A stretch of 36,263 bases of DNA from the IMG/VR virus record IMGVR_UViG_3300034418_007203, positions 1 through 36,263 of that record, one strand, 5' to 3'. The position numbers and the translations under genes were made by a program. The stretch's first letter is position 1; each line of letters starts with the position of its first letter. Positions 25,975-34,314 of this stretch are shown here, one piece after another. The DNA comes from a virus (taxonomy: Duplodnaviria > Caudoviricetes). The notes beneath the pieces were generated by a model that had not been told where the DNA came from, ran no database searches, and was given only the letters and a program-made list of their open reading frames with translations.

Positions 25975-28970
25975 TACGAGAGCTCTATCCAGTCGTTAGA
26001 AGGATTAAACCAAATCTGCCCGTTTGTGCCGTCTAAACAGTAGCCAACTACACGCACAACGTCTCCCGTTGTGTATGCAGACACATCGCTTGTTACGTGT
26101 CCAGCCGTAGTGCTTACGTACAGCTCGTCACCCGTAGCTTCTGTACCGTCGATAGCTCCAGCAGCCATAGTGAATGTACCCTTCAGCAGCATTCCGTTCG
26201 TGTCTGAAGCTGTCCCCAGCGCAATAGCGAGGAGCACACTCCCTGAGCTAGAGACTGCATCTGCGTCTGCTTGAGCCCAGTTACCTGAAGAGTTAAAGTA
26301 GTAGAGATCGCCTTGAGTCATACCCGTAGTAGCACCGAAATATACTACATCCCCTTGGTAAGAGAAGTCTGTATTCGATGGTTTTTCGTACTTGACCTCT
26401 TTGAACTTGTCGATAGTAACCCCGTCAGAGTCGTCTACAGTAAGCTTAGGTAATCCAGACACATCGTTTACACTGAAGATAGTTCCAGTAGTCCCTGTAT
26501 CTACTTGGAAGAGGTCGTGTGTACCATCGTGAATAGTAAACGTGTCTGCCGTTCCTGTAGGATCAAGTTCAATTTCAAGATTGTACCCGTTCGTGTCAAT
26601 TAATCGGTCACCCGCTAATGTTTGATCGGCAGATGCCAAAGGCGTACCACCGCCTGGAGATGGTGTAGCGAAGATTAAGTCTCCGTTAGCATCAACTTCA
26701 AGCACTTGACCAAGCGTACCTGTAGCGGTTGGGAAAGCGTAACCAGTGGATGACGGGTCGTTTACTTGCAGCGTACCGTTTACTCTCAGGATATCATTAT
26801 CGAACTCACCGTAAATCAGTGGGGTGGTGGAGTTGCTGTTCTCTATGTAGAGCTTGTTGGATTCTGTGGTAAGGGTGTTTCCAGCCGTATATCCGATTAG
26901 AACATTGCTGCTACCAGTAGTTAAAGATGAGCCAGCAGAATACCCTATAAAAACATTGTTAGATTTATTTCCATACCCCGCACCTGCAAGTTCACCAATG
27001 GCGACGTTTTGAGTAAGTTGTCCAGTTCCCCCAAGAGCTTTTCTGCCAACAGCGACATTTCCTGTGCCACCTCCAGTAGTAAGGTTTAACGCTTGGAAGC
27101 CAATAGCTGTATTATTATTTCCAGATGTACCCGCTCCAGCCATATGCCCTACAAACGTAGAGTATGAAGCCCCTCCTTTACCAGCAGCAGAACCAATAGC
27201 TACTAGCCCAAAAAGATTAGTATGTCCCCGTCCTGCTTGATAACCAAGTAGCGTGTTGTAAGATGCCGTTGTTATAGAGTCTCCTGCCTGATAACCAATT
27301 GCTGTATTTTGTTCCCCAGTAGTCAGCGCAGTTAATGCTTGATATCCAACAGCAGTAGAGCCATCAGCAGTGGTGCCCGTAGCATTTACAGAACTCAATG
27401 CTTGATAACCTAAAGAAGTAGTGTAGGCTGATACAGTCATAGCATCAGAGGCTTGATAACCTACTGCTGTGTTACCAGCACCTGTAGTTAAAGCTGTTAA
27501 TGCTTGATGTCCTATTGCTACTGTGTCGTTTACAAGCTGAACTCCATCACTCTTACCCGCCTCATACCCTACGAACACACTGTTATTGCCCCCGCTGTGA
27601 CCAGCTTGATACCCAAAAAAGGCTGAGTTAGTGTAAGATGAAGGGCTGTTCGCTCCCGTGTTACCTCCGACCGAAGTCGTGTAGACACCTCCGTTATAGT
27701 TAGAATTGGAGCCAACTCCTATAGAATAAGTCTTAACGTATGATGCAGCACCGCTGTTTGAACTTTCACCAACAGCAATTTGATTGCTTGAATTCGAGCC
27801 CCTATATCCTGCGTTGGAGCCAATCGCTACACTGTCGGTGCCACTATTAAACCTTCCAGCACCGTCTCCAATAACTACGCCCGCACTGGCTAAACTAGTT
27901 CCAGTAGATTTTCCTATGTGGATACCGTTGTTGGTAACCATCTTCAAGGAGTGAGTGCTACCTCCGAAATATAAATACGCTGAGGATTGTATATTGCCCA
28001 CAACGTCCAACGGCTGAGCAGGGGTAGTAGTCCCAATACCTACGTTTCCGCCTGATTTTACTATTAGCCGAGTTTGTGCAGCCGCTCCGTCTTCAAACAA
28101 GCCAAAACCGCTACTGTTTTCGCCAAATGCCCAGGTGATACCAGAATTATCGTACCAGTTAACACCAGACCAGTCGCTAGCTGAAGACCTAACAAGTCTT
28201 ATTCCGTTGCCACCAGCAGTACCTGAGTTTCGAAATATTACATGGCCGTTTGCGCCACCGTCAATATCTAACTTCGCTTGAGGGGTAGTAGTCCCCACTC
28301 CTACATTTCCTGTAGTGTAGTAGATGTCGCTACCAGAGGTTGTCCAAGGGGAACTTCCACCACCAGTAGTAAACGAAAGCGTACCTGATCCGTTAGTGGT
28401 AAGTACCTGTCCGCTTGAACCGTCTGTAGTAGGGAAGCTGTACTCCCCAAAAAAGTTGATTGCCGTAGCTGGGTCTATTGTAATGGTGCCTGATGTTCCA
28501 GTTGACCCTATTGTCTTATCACCCACAAAATAAAGACCACCATCTACATTGAGACCACTACCTACATTGAGACCACCGACTTCTAATAAAACGAGTTCGT
28601 CAGAAGTTTTTAACGAACCGTCAGTGTCCCCCACGAAAACAATACGACCTGGCTTCTGCGTAAAGTCAGATGCCGTGACTCCCGACAAGCTTGTGATCTT
28701 GTCAGTGGACTTGATGATACCGTCAGGGTTTGTAGCCCCTATATAGTTGTTTAAAGCCGTTACTGTAGACGGACCGTCGGTTCCCCATGCGTTTCCATCT
28801 TTATCTACAATCAGGTCATAACTAATTTCATTAACAATCCTTTTGTTGTTTGTGTTCTTTACGATTGTTACATCATCACCTCTGTTTGAAGCTGTTAGCG
28901 ATCCTGGCTGATAAGCCCTATCGCTGATGTAGACGGAATTGTTTCCGTTAAAAATTCTAATCTTTCCCAT
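25974..28970 (-). CDS. Fibre/adhesin protein (998 aa) with GNVGIGTTTP repeats and YadA-head-like N(T/V)AIGYxA repeats
   Basis: Two GNVG(V/I)GTTTP motifs, a long run of ~14-residue Gly-rich repeats (NTAVGYQA, NTAIGFQAL, NVFIGYSAG), two FPTxxGxxGQVL motifs and LYIENSNSTTPLIYGEF. Confidence 0.82.
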   Translation of the reverse strand: MGKIRIFNGNNSVYISDRAYQPGSLTASNRGDDVTIVKNTNNKRIVNEISYDLIVDKDGNAWGTDGPSTVTALNNYIGATNPDGIIKSTDKITSLSGVTASDFTQKPGRIVFVGDTDGSLKTSDELVLLEVGGLNVGSGLNVDGGLYFVGDKTIGSTGTSGTITIDPATAINFFGEYSFPTTDGSSGQVLTTNGSGTLSFTTGGGSSPWTTSGSDIYYTTGNVGVGTTTPQAKLDIDGGANGHVIFRNSGTAGGNGIRLVRSSASDWSGVNWYDNSGITWAFGENSSGFGLFEDGAAAQTRLIVKSGGNVGIGTTTPAQPLDVVGNIQSSAYLYFGGSTHSLKMVTNNGIHIGKSTGTSLASAGVVIGDGAGRFNSGTDSVAIGSNAGYRGSNSSNQIAVGESSNSGAASYVKTYSIGVGSNSNYNGGVYTTSVGGNTGANSPSSYTNSAFFGYQAGHSGGNNSVFVGYEAGKSDGVQLVNDTVAIGHQALTALTTGAGNTAVGYQASDAMTVSAYTTSLGYQALSSVNATGTTADGSTAVGYQALTALTTGEQNTAIGYQAGDSITTASYNTLLGYQAGRGHTNLFGLVAIGSAAGKGGASYSTFVGHMAGAGTSGNNNTAIGFQALNLTTGGGTGNVAVGRKALGGTGQLTQNVAIGELAGAGYGNKSNNVFIGYSAGSSLTTGSSNVLIGYTAGNTLTTESNKLYIENSNSTTPLIYGEFDNDILRVNGTLQVNDPSSTGYAFPTATGTLGQVLEVDANGDLIFATPSPGGGTPLASADQTLAGDRLIDTNGYNLEIELDPTGTADTFTIHDGTHDLFQVDTGTTGTIFSVNDVSGLPKLTVDDSDGVTIDKFKEVKYEKPSNTDFSYQGDVVYFGATTGMTQGDLYYFNSSGNWAQADADAVSSSGSVLLAIALGTASDTNGMLLKGTFTMAAGAIDGTEATGDELYVSTTAGHVTSDVSAYTTGDVVRVVGYCLDGTNGQIWFNPSNDWIELS

Positions 28971-28975
28971 GGCTG

Positions 28976-31354
28976 TTATACTGACCCAGTAACCTTAAGT
29001 TTTAAGTTGTTGAACCTTTGTTGCACAAGTCCAAACTCATCCTCTGCAAAAGCAGCATAAAACTTCAAAGTCACGGCTTTTGGCCTTTCTGTATTACCGC
29101 TGTCCTTTTTGAAGGCGTCGCCAAAAAAAATCGGTCCGTCTTGCGTCATAAGAAGGTTAAGATTCTCTGGTGCTGACGGGTAATCTACTATCATTTTAAC
29201 ATCAGTTTCGTTTGAGGCTGTAGGGTAATCTCTGGTTATCTCAACGTAAACGGCAAAAGAAACAGGATTCGTCGTAATGCCGATATTGTGGTATATAGAA
29301 GACGGTTCTTTAATCTCAATGACTGCGTTTTCAAACCACTCCCCAAACTCAGTGCTATTGCTAGTGTACAGCTTTATACTATCTGAAGCAGTGTTTACCT
29401 GCCAGGTATATGGAGCAATAGAAGTCGTAACGCTAGGAGTGTTAAACTCATACTGCTGCATATCCTGCTGGGCGCTGTTGGTTACAATACTGGTCTGAGT
29501 ATTGTAGTTTTCAAATGTGAAGTTGGAGTCAAAAATAGAAAAGGTAGCGGCATTGTTATTAGTAAACTCAATCTGAGTATTTCCATCAGAGGGAGACGCA
29601 CCTACGTTACTTAAAAATATAAGCAAGTCATTGGTGCTAACGATGCCGTCATTATCAAAGTCTCCAGCCACGGAGCCGTTTTGAGGCATGCCAGCTGTAG
29701 CGGCTACGGCAGCGTTCATAAACGCAGTGAAAGCGTCAGTAGGAACAAAGTTTCCATTTGCATCTCTAATCAGAATGTCATCCTCAGAAGCGCCAGTCAA
29801 GTCAACATCGCTCAACCCGTTTAAATCAAGGGCTGCTGGCTCTAACTGAATAGTTCCTGAACCCTGATCATACGTTAGAACGTGATTATCTTTTCCTGAT
29901 AGGCTCTGGTCTGCGTCGAACTCGAAGTTACCAAGCGATACATTTCCCGTGCCGTGCGGCTGAATAGTAATACCCTGATTGCTGGATGTAGTTACTATGC
30001 TGTGTGTTGATACATCAAGGTTAGCACTAAGTGTAGGAGCAAGATCATTAGAAAGCTGCGTTTCCTGGGCTTGAGGTTCCCACTCACCGTTATTCCACAC
30101 AAGCGCGTATCCATCCACAGGGCTAATGGTAACCGTATCTACGTCAGACAGGTCGTTTAAACCAACATTAGAAAGGACCGATTGGGCAACAAATTTACCA
30201 GTTAAGTCGTTCCAAATGAGTGCTTCCCCCTCCCCTATGCTTTCTAAGTCTTCATCAATCTCAGAAAGGTCAAAAATAGATTGGGCGGAAAAATTTCTAA
30301 ACTCCATCTCCCCAAATTCAGGGTTATTTGGGTCAGCTATGTCCTTTACTACCAGTGCCTTATTCCGAAGGTCAAAATTGGGCGCTACTTTGGGAAACTT
30401 GTACCCGTTTGGTCCGCCGATCCTTACGAAGTCTATAGTCTCGTTTTCTTCGTCTGAGTTTTTTACTTCAAAAACTACGTTGTTATTTTGGTCTTTAACA
30501 ACAACATCCCCCTTCTTATTGATCTTAAAAAGCTCGTTGTCTGAGCTCCCTATAACAACCTCTTCAAGAGATTCATTAGCTTCTTGAGAAGACGTGACTT
30601 TAAAAATTTCGTCGCCAGACGAATCCCTAATTGTAAAATCGCCAGCCCTACCCACCTCAAAGACTGTTGTGGGGTCTCCGCTAAAAGAATTGGTGTCGAT
30701 AATCTTAAAAACAGAACCTATATCTCCTTGATCTCTAGCAAGTTTAAATTCTATGTCAGACCTACCCTCAAGAGTAAGTTTGTTGCCTGAAGAGGTTCCA
30801 CTTTTTAAAATTAAATCACCACCCTGAGCGACTATCTTAATGTCCCCGCTGTTTGACTGAACAGTAAGTTCGCCTGGTGTATTCTTAAGTATTTGTTGAT
30901 TTCCAGCCCTGCCAAGTAGCATAGCAGGTTCTGCGTTAAACTGGGGTGATTGGGCATCATTCGAAAATATAACACCCGCCCCATTACCAAAGGTGGTAGA
31001 AGAATTATTAAAGTTTACAGAAGTGTTGTTCTGAATTGTGATCGGATCATTGGGCCCACCATTAAAGGTTACTGGTCCATCAAAGGTTTTTGTGCCAGCA
31101 ACGCTTTGATTGCCCGTGGTCCTTACAACAGTGTTATCAACAGAAAGTGTAACATCTCCAGAAGAAGCTCCTCCACTTAATCCATCATCAGTAATTATTG
31201 ATTGGTCGGCAGTAGCCCCAGCCTCAATGCCAGCCAGCTTTGTACGTTCGTCAGTGGTTATCTGATTTCTTGATACAGTGACGTTATTCTGCACCTCTGG
31301 CACAGTGACTACAGTCGTAGCGCCACCAGTCGATATGGTAATGTTTGTTGCCAT
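28976..31354 (-). CDS. Fibre protein (792 aa) with L..LSDV repeats and a dockerin/EF-hand-like motif
   Basis: KLAGIEAGATAD, VRTTGNQSVAGTKTF, LNDLSDV/LNGLSDV and PTLSANLDV fibre motifs; GDFDNDGIVSTNDLLIFLSNVG at 29600-29665. Confidence 0.75.
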   Translation of the reverse strand: MATNITISTGGATTVVTVPEVQNNVTVSRNQITTDERTKLAGIEAGATADQSIITDDGLSGGASSGDVTLSVDNTVVRTTGNQSVAGTKTFDGPVTFNGGPNDPITIQNNTSVNFNNSSTTFGNGAGVIFSNDAQSPQFNAEPAMLLGRAGNQQILKNTPGELTVQSNSGDIKIVAQGGDLILKSGTSSGNKLTLEGRSDIEFKLARDQGDIGSVFKIIDTNSFSGDPTTVFEVGRAGDFTIRDSSGDEIFKVTSSQEANESLEEVVIGSSDNELFKINKKGDVVVKDQNNNVVFEVKNSDEENETIDFVRIGGPNGYKFPKVAPNFDLRNKALVVKDIADPNNPEFGEMEFRNFSAQSIFDLSEIDEDLESIGEGEALIWNDLTGKFVAQSVLSNVGLNDLSDVDTVTISPVDGYALVWNNGEWEPQAQETQLSNDLAPTLSANLDVSTHSIVTTSSNQGITIQPHGTGNVSLGNFEFDADQSLSGKDNHVLTYDQGSGTIQLEPAALDLNGLSDVDLTGASEDDILIRDANGNFVPTDAFTAFMNAAVAATAGMPQNGSVAGDFDNDGIVSTNDLLIFLSNVGASPSDGNTQIEFTNNNAATFSIFDSNFTFENYNTQTSIVTNSAQQDMQQYEFNTPSVTTSIAPYTWQVNTASDSIKLYTSNSTEFGEWFENAVIEIKEPSSIYHNIGITTNPVSFAVYVEITRDYPTASNETDVKMIVDYPSAPENLNLLMTQDGPIFFGDAFKKDSGNTERPKAVTLKFYAAFAEDEFGLVQQRFNNLKLKVTGSV

Positions 31355-31827
31355 TATACGCTTACGTCTTCGTTAACTTTAAACGTTCCGTAAATTAAAG
31401 TAGTCACTTTGTTTGACTCGCTTACATCAGTCATCTCAATATCGTAAACATAAATACCTGAAGATACGGTAGCCATAGTCGCGGCATCTGCAAAAAACTT
31501 GACGGTTCCAGTAGTGTCGGCGTTGCTGTCCATAACGACATCAATTTGCTTTGGACCCGTTCCGTCATCCTCAGTGCTCAATATAATTCCGTCATTATTG
31601 TCACCTCCAGTCCCGTAAGCTGTGTCTTCATAGTCAGCGGTGCGGACCTCCATCTTGAACGAATCGTCTTCATTGGGTCCTGTTCCACCTCCAGTACCAT
31701 CTTCGCCTAGACTTATAATAGAGTTGCCAGCAGAGTCCTTTAGCGTAAGCTGAAGCTCAAAGGTGTCACCTCTTTTACAAATAATGTCTACCCTCTGGGA
31801 AGTATCTAAGTTTATTGTTTGCGCCAT
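31354..31827 (-). CDS. Fibre attachment/adaptor protein (BppU-N/LtfC-like beta sandwich), 157 aa
   Basis: The DI.CKRGDTF.L.LTLKD ... G.YVYDIEM ... VTTLIYGTF.V..DV pattern, immediately upstream of the fibre genes. Confidence 0.65.
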   Translation of the reverse strand: MAQTINLDTSQRVDIICKRGDTFELQLTLKDSAGNSIISLGEDGTGGGTGPNEDDSFKMEVRTADYEDTAYGTGGDNNDGIILSTEDDGTGPKQIDVVMDSNADTTGTVKFFADAATMATVSSGIYVYDIEMTDVSESNKVTTLIYGTFKVNEDVSV

Positions 31828-31828
31828 C

Positions 31829-34264
31829 TTAACCTAGTAATTCTGATGTTATTTTAGCTGCGTCAGAAGATTCTGGGAGTTCGCCTCGATCTCCTTGTCT
31901 TTGAGAGATAAGCTTGCTTTGCTCAGCAGACTGCTTCTTAACTCTATCGTCTTTTCTGTCTTCTTTAAGTACTTCGAGCTTCTCTTTGAACTCTTGTTCC
32001 TCGGTTCTGAATCCGAGCGTAGCCTGAGCCTTGATGAGCTCGATTTCTTTTCTGAACTGATGCTTGACTTGCTCCAGCTGTGATTCAAGCTGAGTCTTAA
32101 GCTGCATCTCTTGCGCTTTAAGCTGTGCCTCCATCTGCATCTCTTGCATCTTGGCTTGAGAGGTAGCCTGAGCTGAAGCCTGCTGAATTTGTGCTTGCTG
32201 TTGAGAGTTCTGCATGGCGATCTGCTGCTGAGCCTTAACGCGCTTCTTTCTTCTAACGATGAGGAGACGCTCAGCCTGGTCTACGTCTCTCAGCTGTCTA
32301 ATTCCAATTGCGTCTTCGATATCAATCTCTCCTCTGCTCAAAGCAACCTGGATGTTCTGTTCTAGGTACTGCCTGTCTTTGTCGTCCATGTCTCTTTGAA
32401 CGTGTACACCGAAGTTGTACATAGGTAGATCCCTGAATGAGCTAATGACCCCCATATTAGTGTTGCCCACAGCTTTCTCGTAAACCCTGTAAAGAACAGA
32501 GTCTGGAGACAGCACTTGCAAACACTTGACGATATCATCAACCACCTTCTTGAAGAGAATCATAGAAGAGTGAGTAATATCGTAGATGGCATTGTTGCCT
32601 GCGGCGATAGCTTGCTGCTGAACACCCACGAGTGTATCCCCTTTCGGAGTAGTGCCGTCCATCATCTCGTTTATTCCCGTGGCATCACGAATCATTCGGA
32701 GATAGTGATTATAGAGGGCGATCAGCTCGTTGATGTTTCGGATGGTATTCTCAAGCGGACGAACTGGAGGGTTCTGGAATCCGCCCTCTGGGTTCTTGCT
32801 TCTATAGTAGAAGACACCAGTCTGTTCGTAGATATCCTGGATCTCCAGCGGCTGAAGCTCTCCTCCTCTTCCAAGCTGGACATTCTCCAATCCTTCGATG
32901 TCTACGATAAGACCGTCAGGCTTAGCCTTGGCAATGGCCTGCTGCAACTTCAGGTGCGTAAGCTGAAGCAAGTCGGCAAAGCCGATTACGCCTCCGACCA
33001 AAGACTTAGGAACGCTATCTCTGAGATTGGTTGCAACCACAGAGTAAGACATACGAGCCTTCGTAAGGTCGTAAATGTTTTTAGGGACGTTGGTCTTTAG
33101 CCCGTAGTTGAAAATCTTGTCAGACCCGATAACGTACATACCTCCGTACACAGTAGCGTTTTCAAGCTTGTATGGCTTTCTGGAGAACACAGAGTTCTCT
33201 GGCTCCTTGTAAGAGTTACCCTTGTAGTAAAAGCCTACGTTTCCGTACTGACTCTCTTTCTCTTCGTAGTACATACAATCAACGGAGATGAACTCAAAGT
33301 CCATGACTTCGATTGTGAACTCTTCGTATCCGCTAGTGTGAGGACCACGGGGGTTGTACTCGCGAGAGAAGTGGCTGTCGTTATTGAACTTGCCTTTGTA
33401 GTTCTTTGCAATTTCTTCGTACTCCTCTGGAGTGAACTGGTCTTGCGCAATGCGCTTCAGCTCCTGAATAGACATACGCTTTACGCTACCAGCGTAGACG
33501 ATATCTTCAAACGACGGGTCTTCTGTATGGCTATGAATAAATGTAGCTGGATCTACATACTCCTCTTTGATGCCGTAGTTAGGGTCATTGTTTCGCTTCA
33601 CTACTGCGAGACCGCAAGAAACCAAGTCGTTTACGCATCTACGATAAATAGAATCGTTGAAGTTGTTCCAAGAGAGGGTCATGTTGGTGGCAATCTGAGC
33701 TGCCACCTCAGCATCAGTCTTCACGTTAGAATCAATGAAGATCTCCGCTTCCTCAAGCGTATCTGGGATTTCTTTTGCAGAGGTTTCCGTTCTTACTCCA
33801 GAAGCCTCCATCTGCTCGAAGAACTGCTTGTTCTCCACTTGCATCCTAATCTTTCTCTTTTTAGCGTCTTTCTCGTTGCTTGAGAGTGGGTCGATTGCCT
33901 GAAGATTGGGATATGGGTCCTTCGATAGAATTTTGTTTACTACGATCTTAACGAACTTAGGGATAATTGGAACAGGGCTCCAGTCAAGGTTCAAGAGGGT
34001 GCCGTCGCCATTGTTGGGGTCTAGGCTGTTCAAGAGCTGCTTGTAGATAGCAGTGTCTTGCGTCCCGTTTGCGTAGTCTCTGTTTTTTTGGAAGTCGTTA
34101 TAACGCTTTCTATATACGCTCTTCGCGTCGTCTGATCTCCCCCACTGATTCTGGATAGCTCGTGCATACTGAAGACCGTACTCTCTAGAAGCCTTTTCTT
34201 CTGGCGTAGCAAGAGGGTTTGGAAAAGCGCTAGATTTTTTCTTACCTTTGAGTGTGTTGTGCAT
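31829..34264 (-). CDS. Portal protein (811 aa)
   Basis: Directly downstream of the terminase. Contains LNLDWSPVPIIPKFVKIVVN, IQDIYEQTG, MIRDATGINEMMDG and a Gln-rich C-terminal coiled-coil barrel typical of P22/crAss-type portals. Confidence 0.9.
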   Translation of the reverse strand: MHNTLKGKKKSSAFPNPLATPEEKASREYGLQYARAIQNQWGRSDDAKSVYRKRYNDFQKNRDYANGTQDTAIYKQLLNSLDPNNGDGTLLNLDWSPVPIIPKFVKIVVNKILSKDPYPNLQAIDPLSSNEKDAKKRKIRMQVENKQFFEQMEASGVRTETSAKEIPDTLEEAEIFIDSNVKTDAEVAAQIATNMTLSWNNFNDSIYRRCVNDLVSCGLAVVKRNNDPNYGIKEEYVDPATFIHSHTEDPSFEDIVYAGSVKRMSIQELKRIAQDQFTPEEYEEIAKNYKGKFNNDSHFSREYNPRGPHTSGYEEFTIEVMDFEFISVDCMYYEEKESQYGNVGFYYKGNSYKEPENSVFSRKPYKLENATVYGGMYVIGSDKIFNYGLKTNVPKNIYDLTKARMSYSVVATNLRDSVPKSLVGGVIGFADLLQLTHLKLQQAIAKAKPDGLIVDIEGLENVQLGRGGELQPLEIQDIYEQTGVFYYRSKNPEGGFQNPPVRPLENTIRNINELIALYNHYLRMIRDATGINEMMDGTTPKGDTLVGVQQQAIAAGNNAIYDITHSSMILFKKVVDDIVKCLQVLSPDSVLYRVYEKAVGNTNMGVISSFRDLPMYNFGVHVQRDMDDKDRQYLEQNIQVALSRGEIDIEDAIGIRQLRDVDQAERLLIVRRKKRVKAQQQIAMQNSQQQAQIQQASAQATSQAKMQEMQMEAQLKAQEMQLKTQLESQLEQVKHQFRKEIELIKAQATLGFRTEEQEFKEKLEVLKEDRKDDRVKKQSAEQSKLISQRQGDRGELPESSDAAKITSELLG

Positions 34265-34284
34265 CTGCTATTGGCCTTGTAGAT

Positions 34285-34293
34285 GCAAATATA
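34285..34293 (-). promoter_or_regulatory. Bacteroidota-type -7 promoter element (TATATTTGC) for the portal-fibre operon
   Basis: Minus strand TTTATTTGC-C-TATATTTGC-ATCTACAAGGCCAATAGCAG-ATG; a degenerate tandem copy lies at 34295-34303. Confidence 0.72.
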
Positions 34294-34314
34294 GGCAAAT
34301 AAACCTAGGGGGGT

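Noticed and set aside
23502-28970. Diversity-generating retroelement or invertase shufflon acting on the lectin/fibre genes
   Set aside because: No reverse transcriptase or recombinase is in the window, there is no template/variable repeat pair differing only at adenines, and no inverted cassettes were seen. The repeats differ mostly at synonymous sites.
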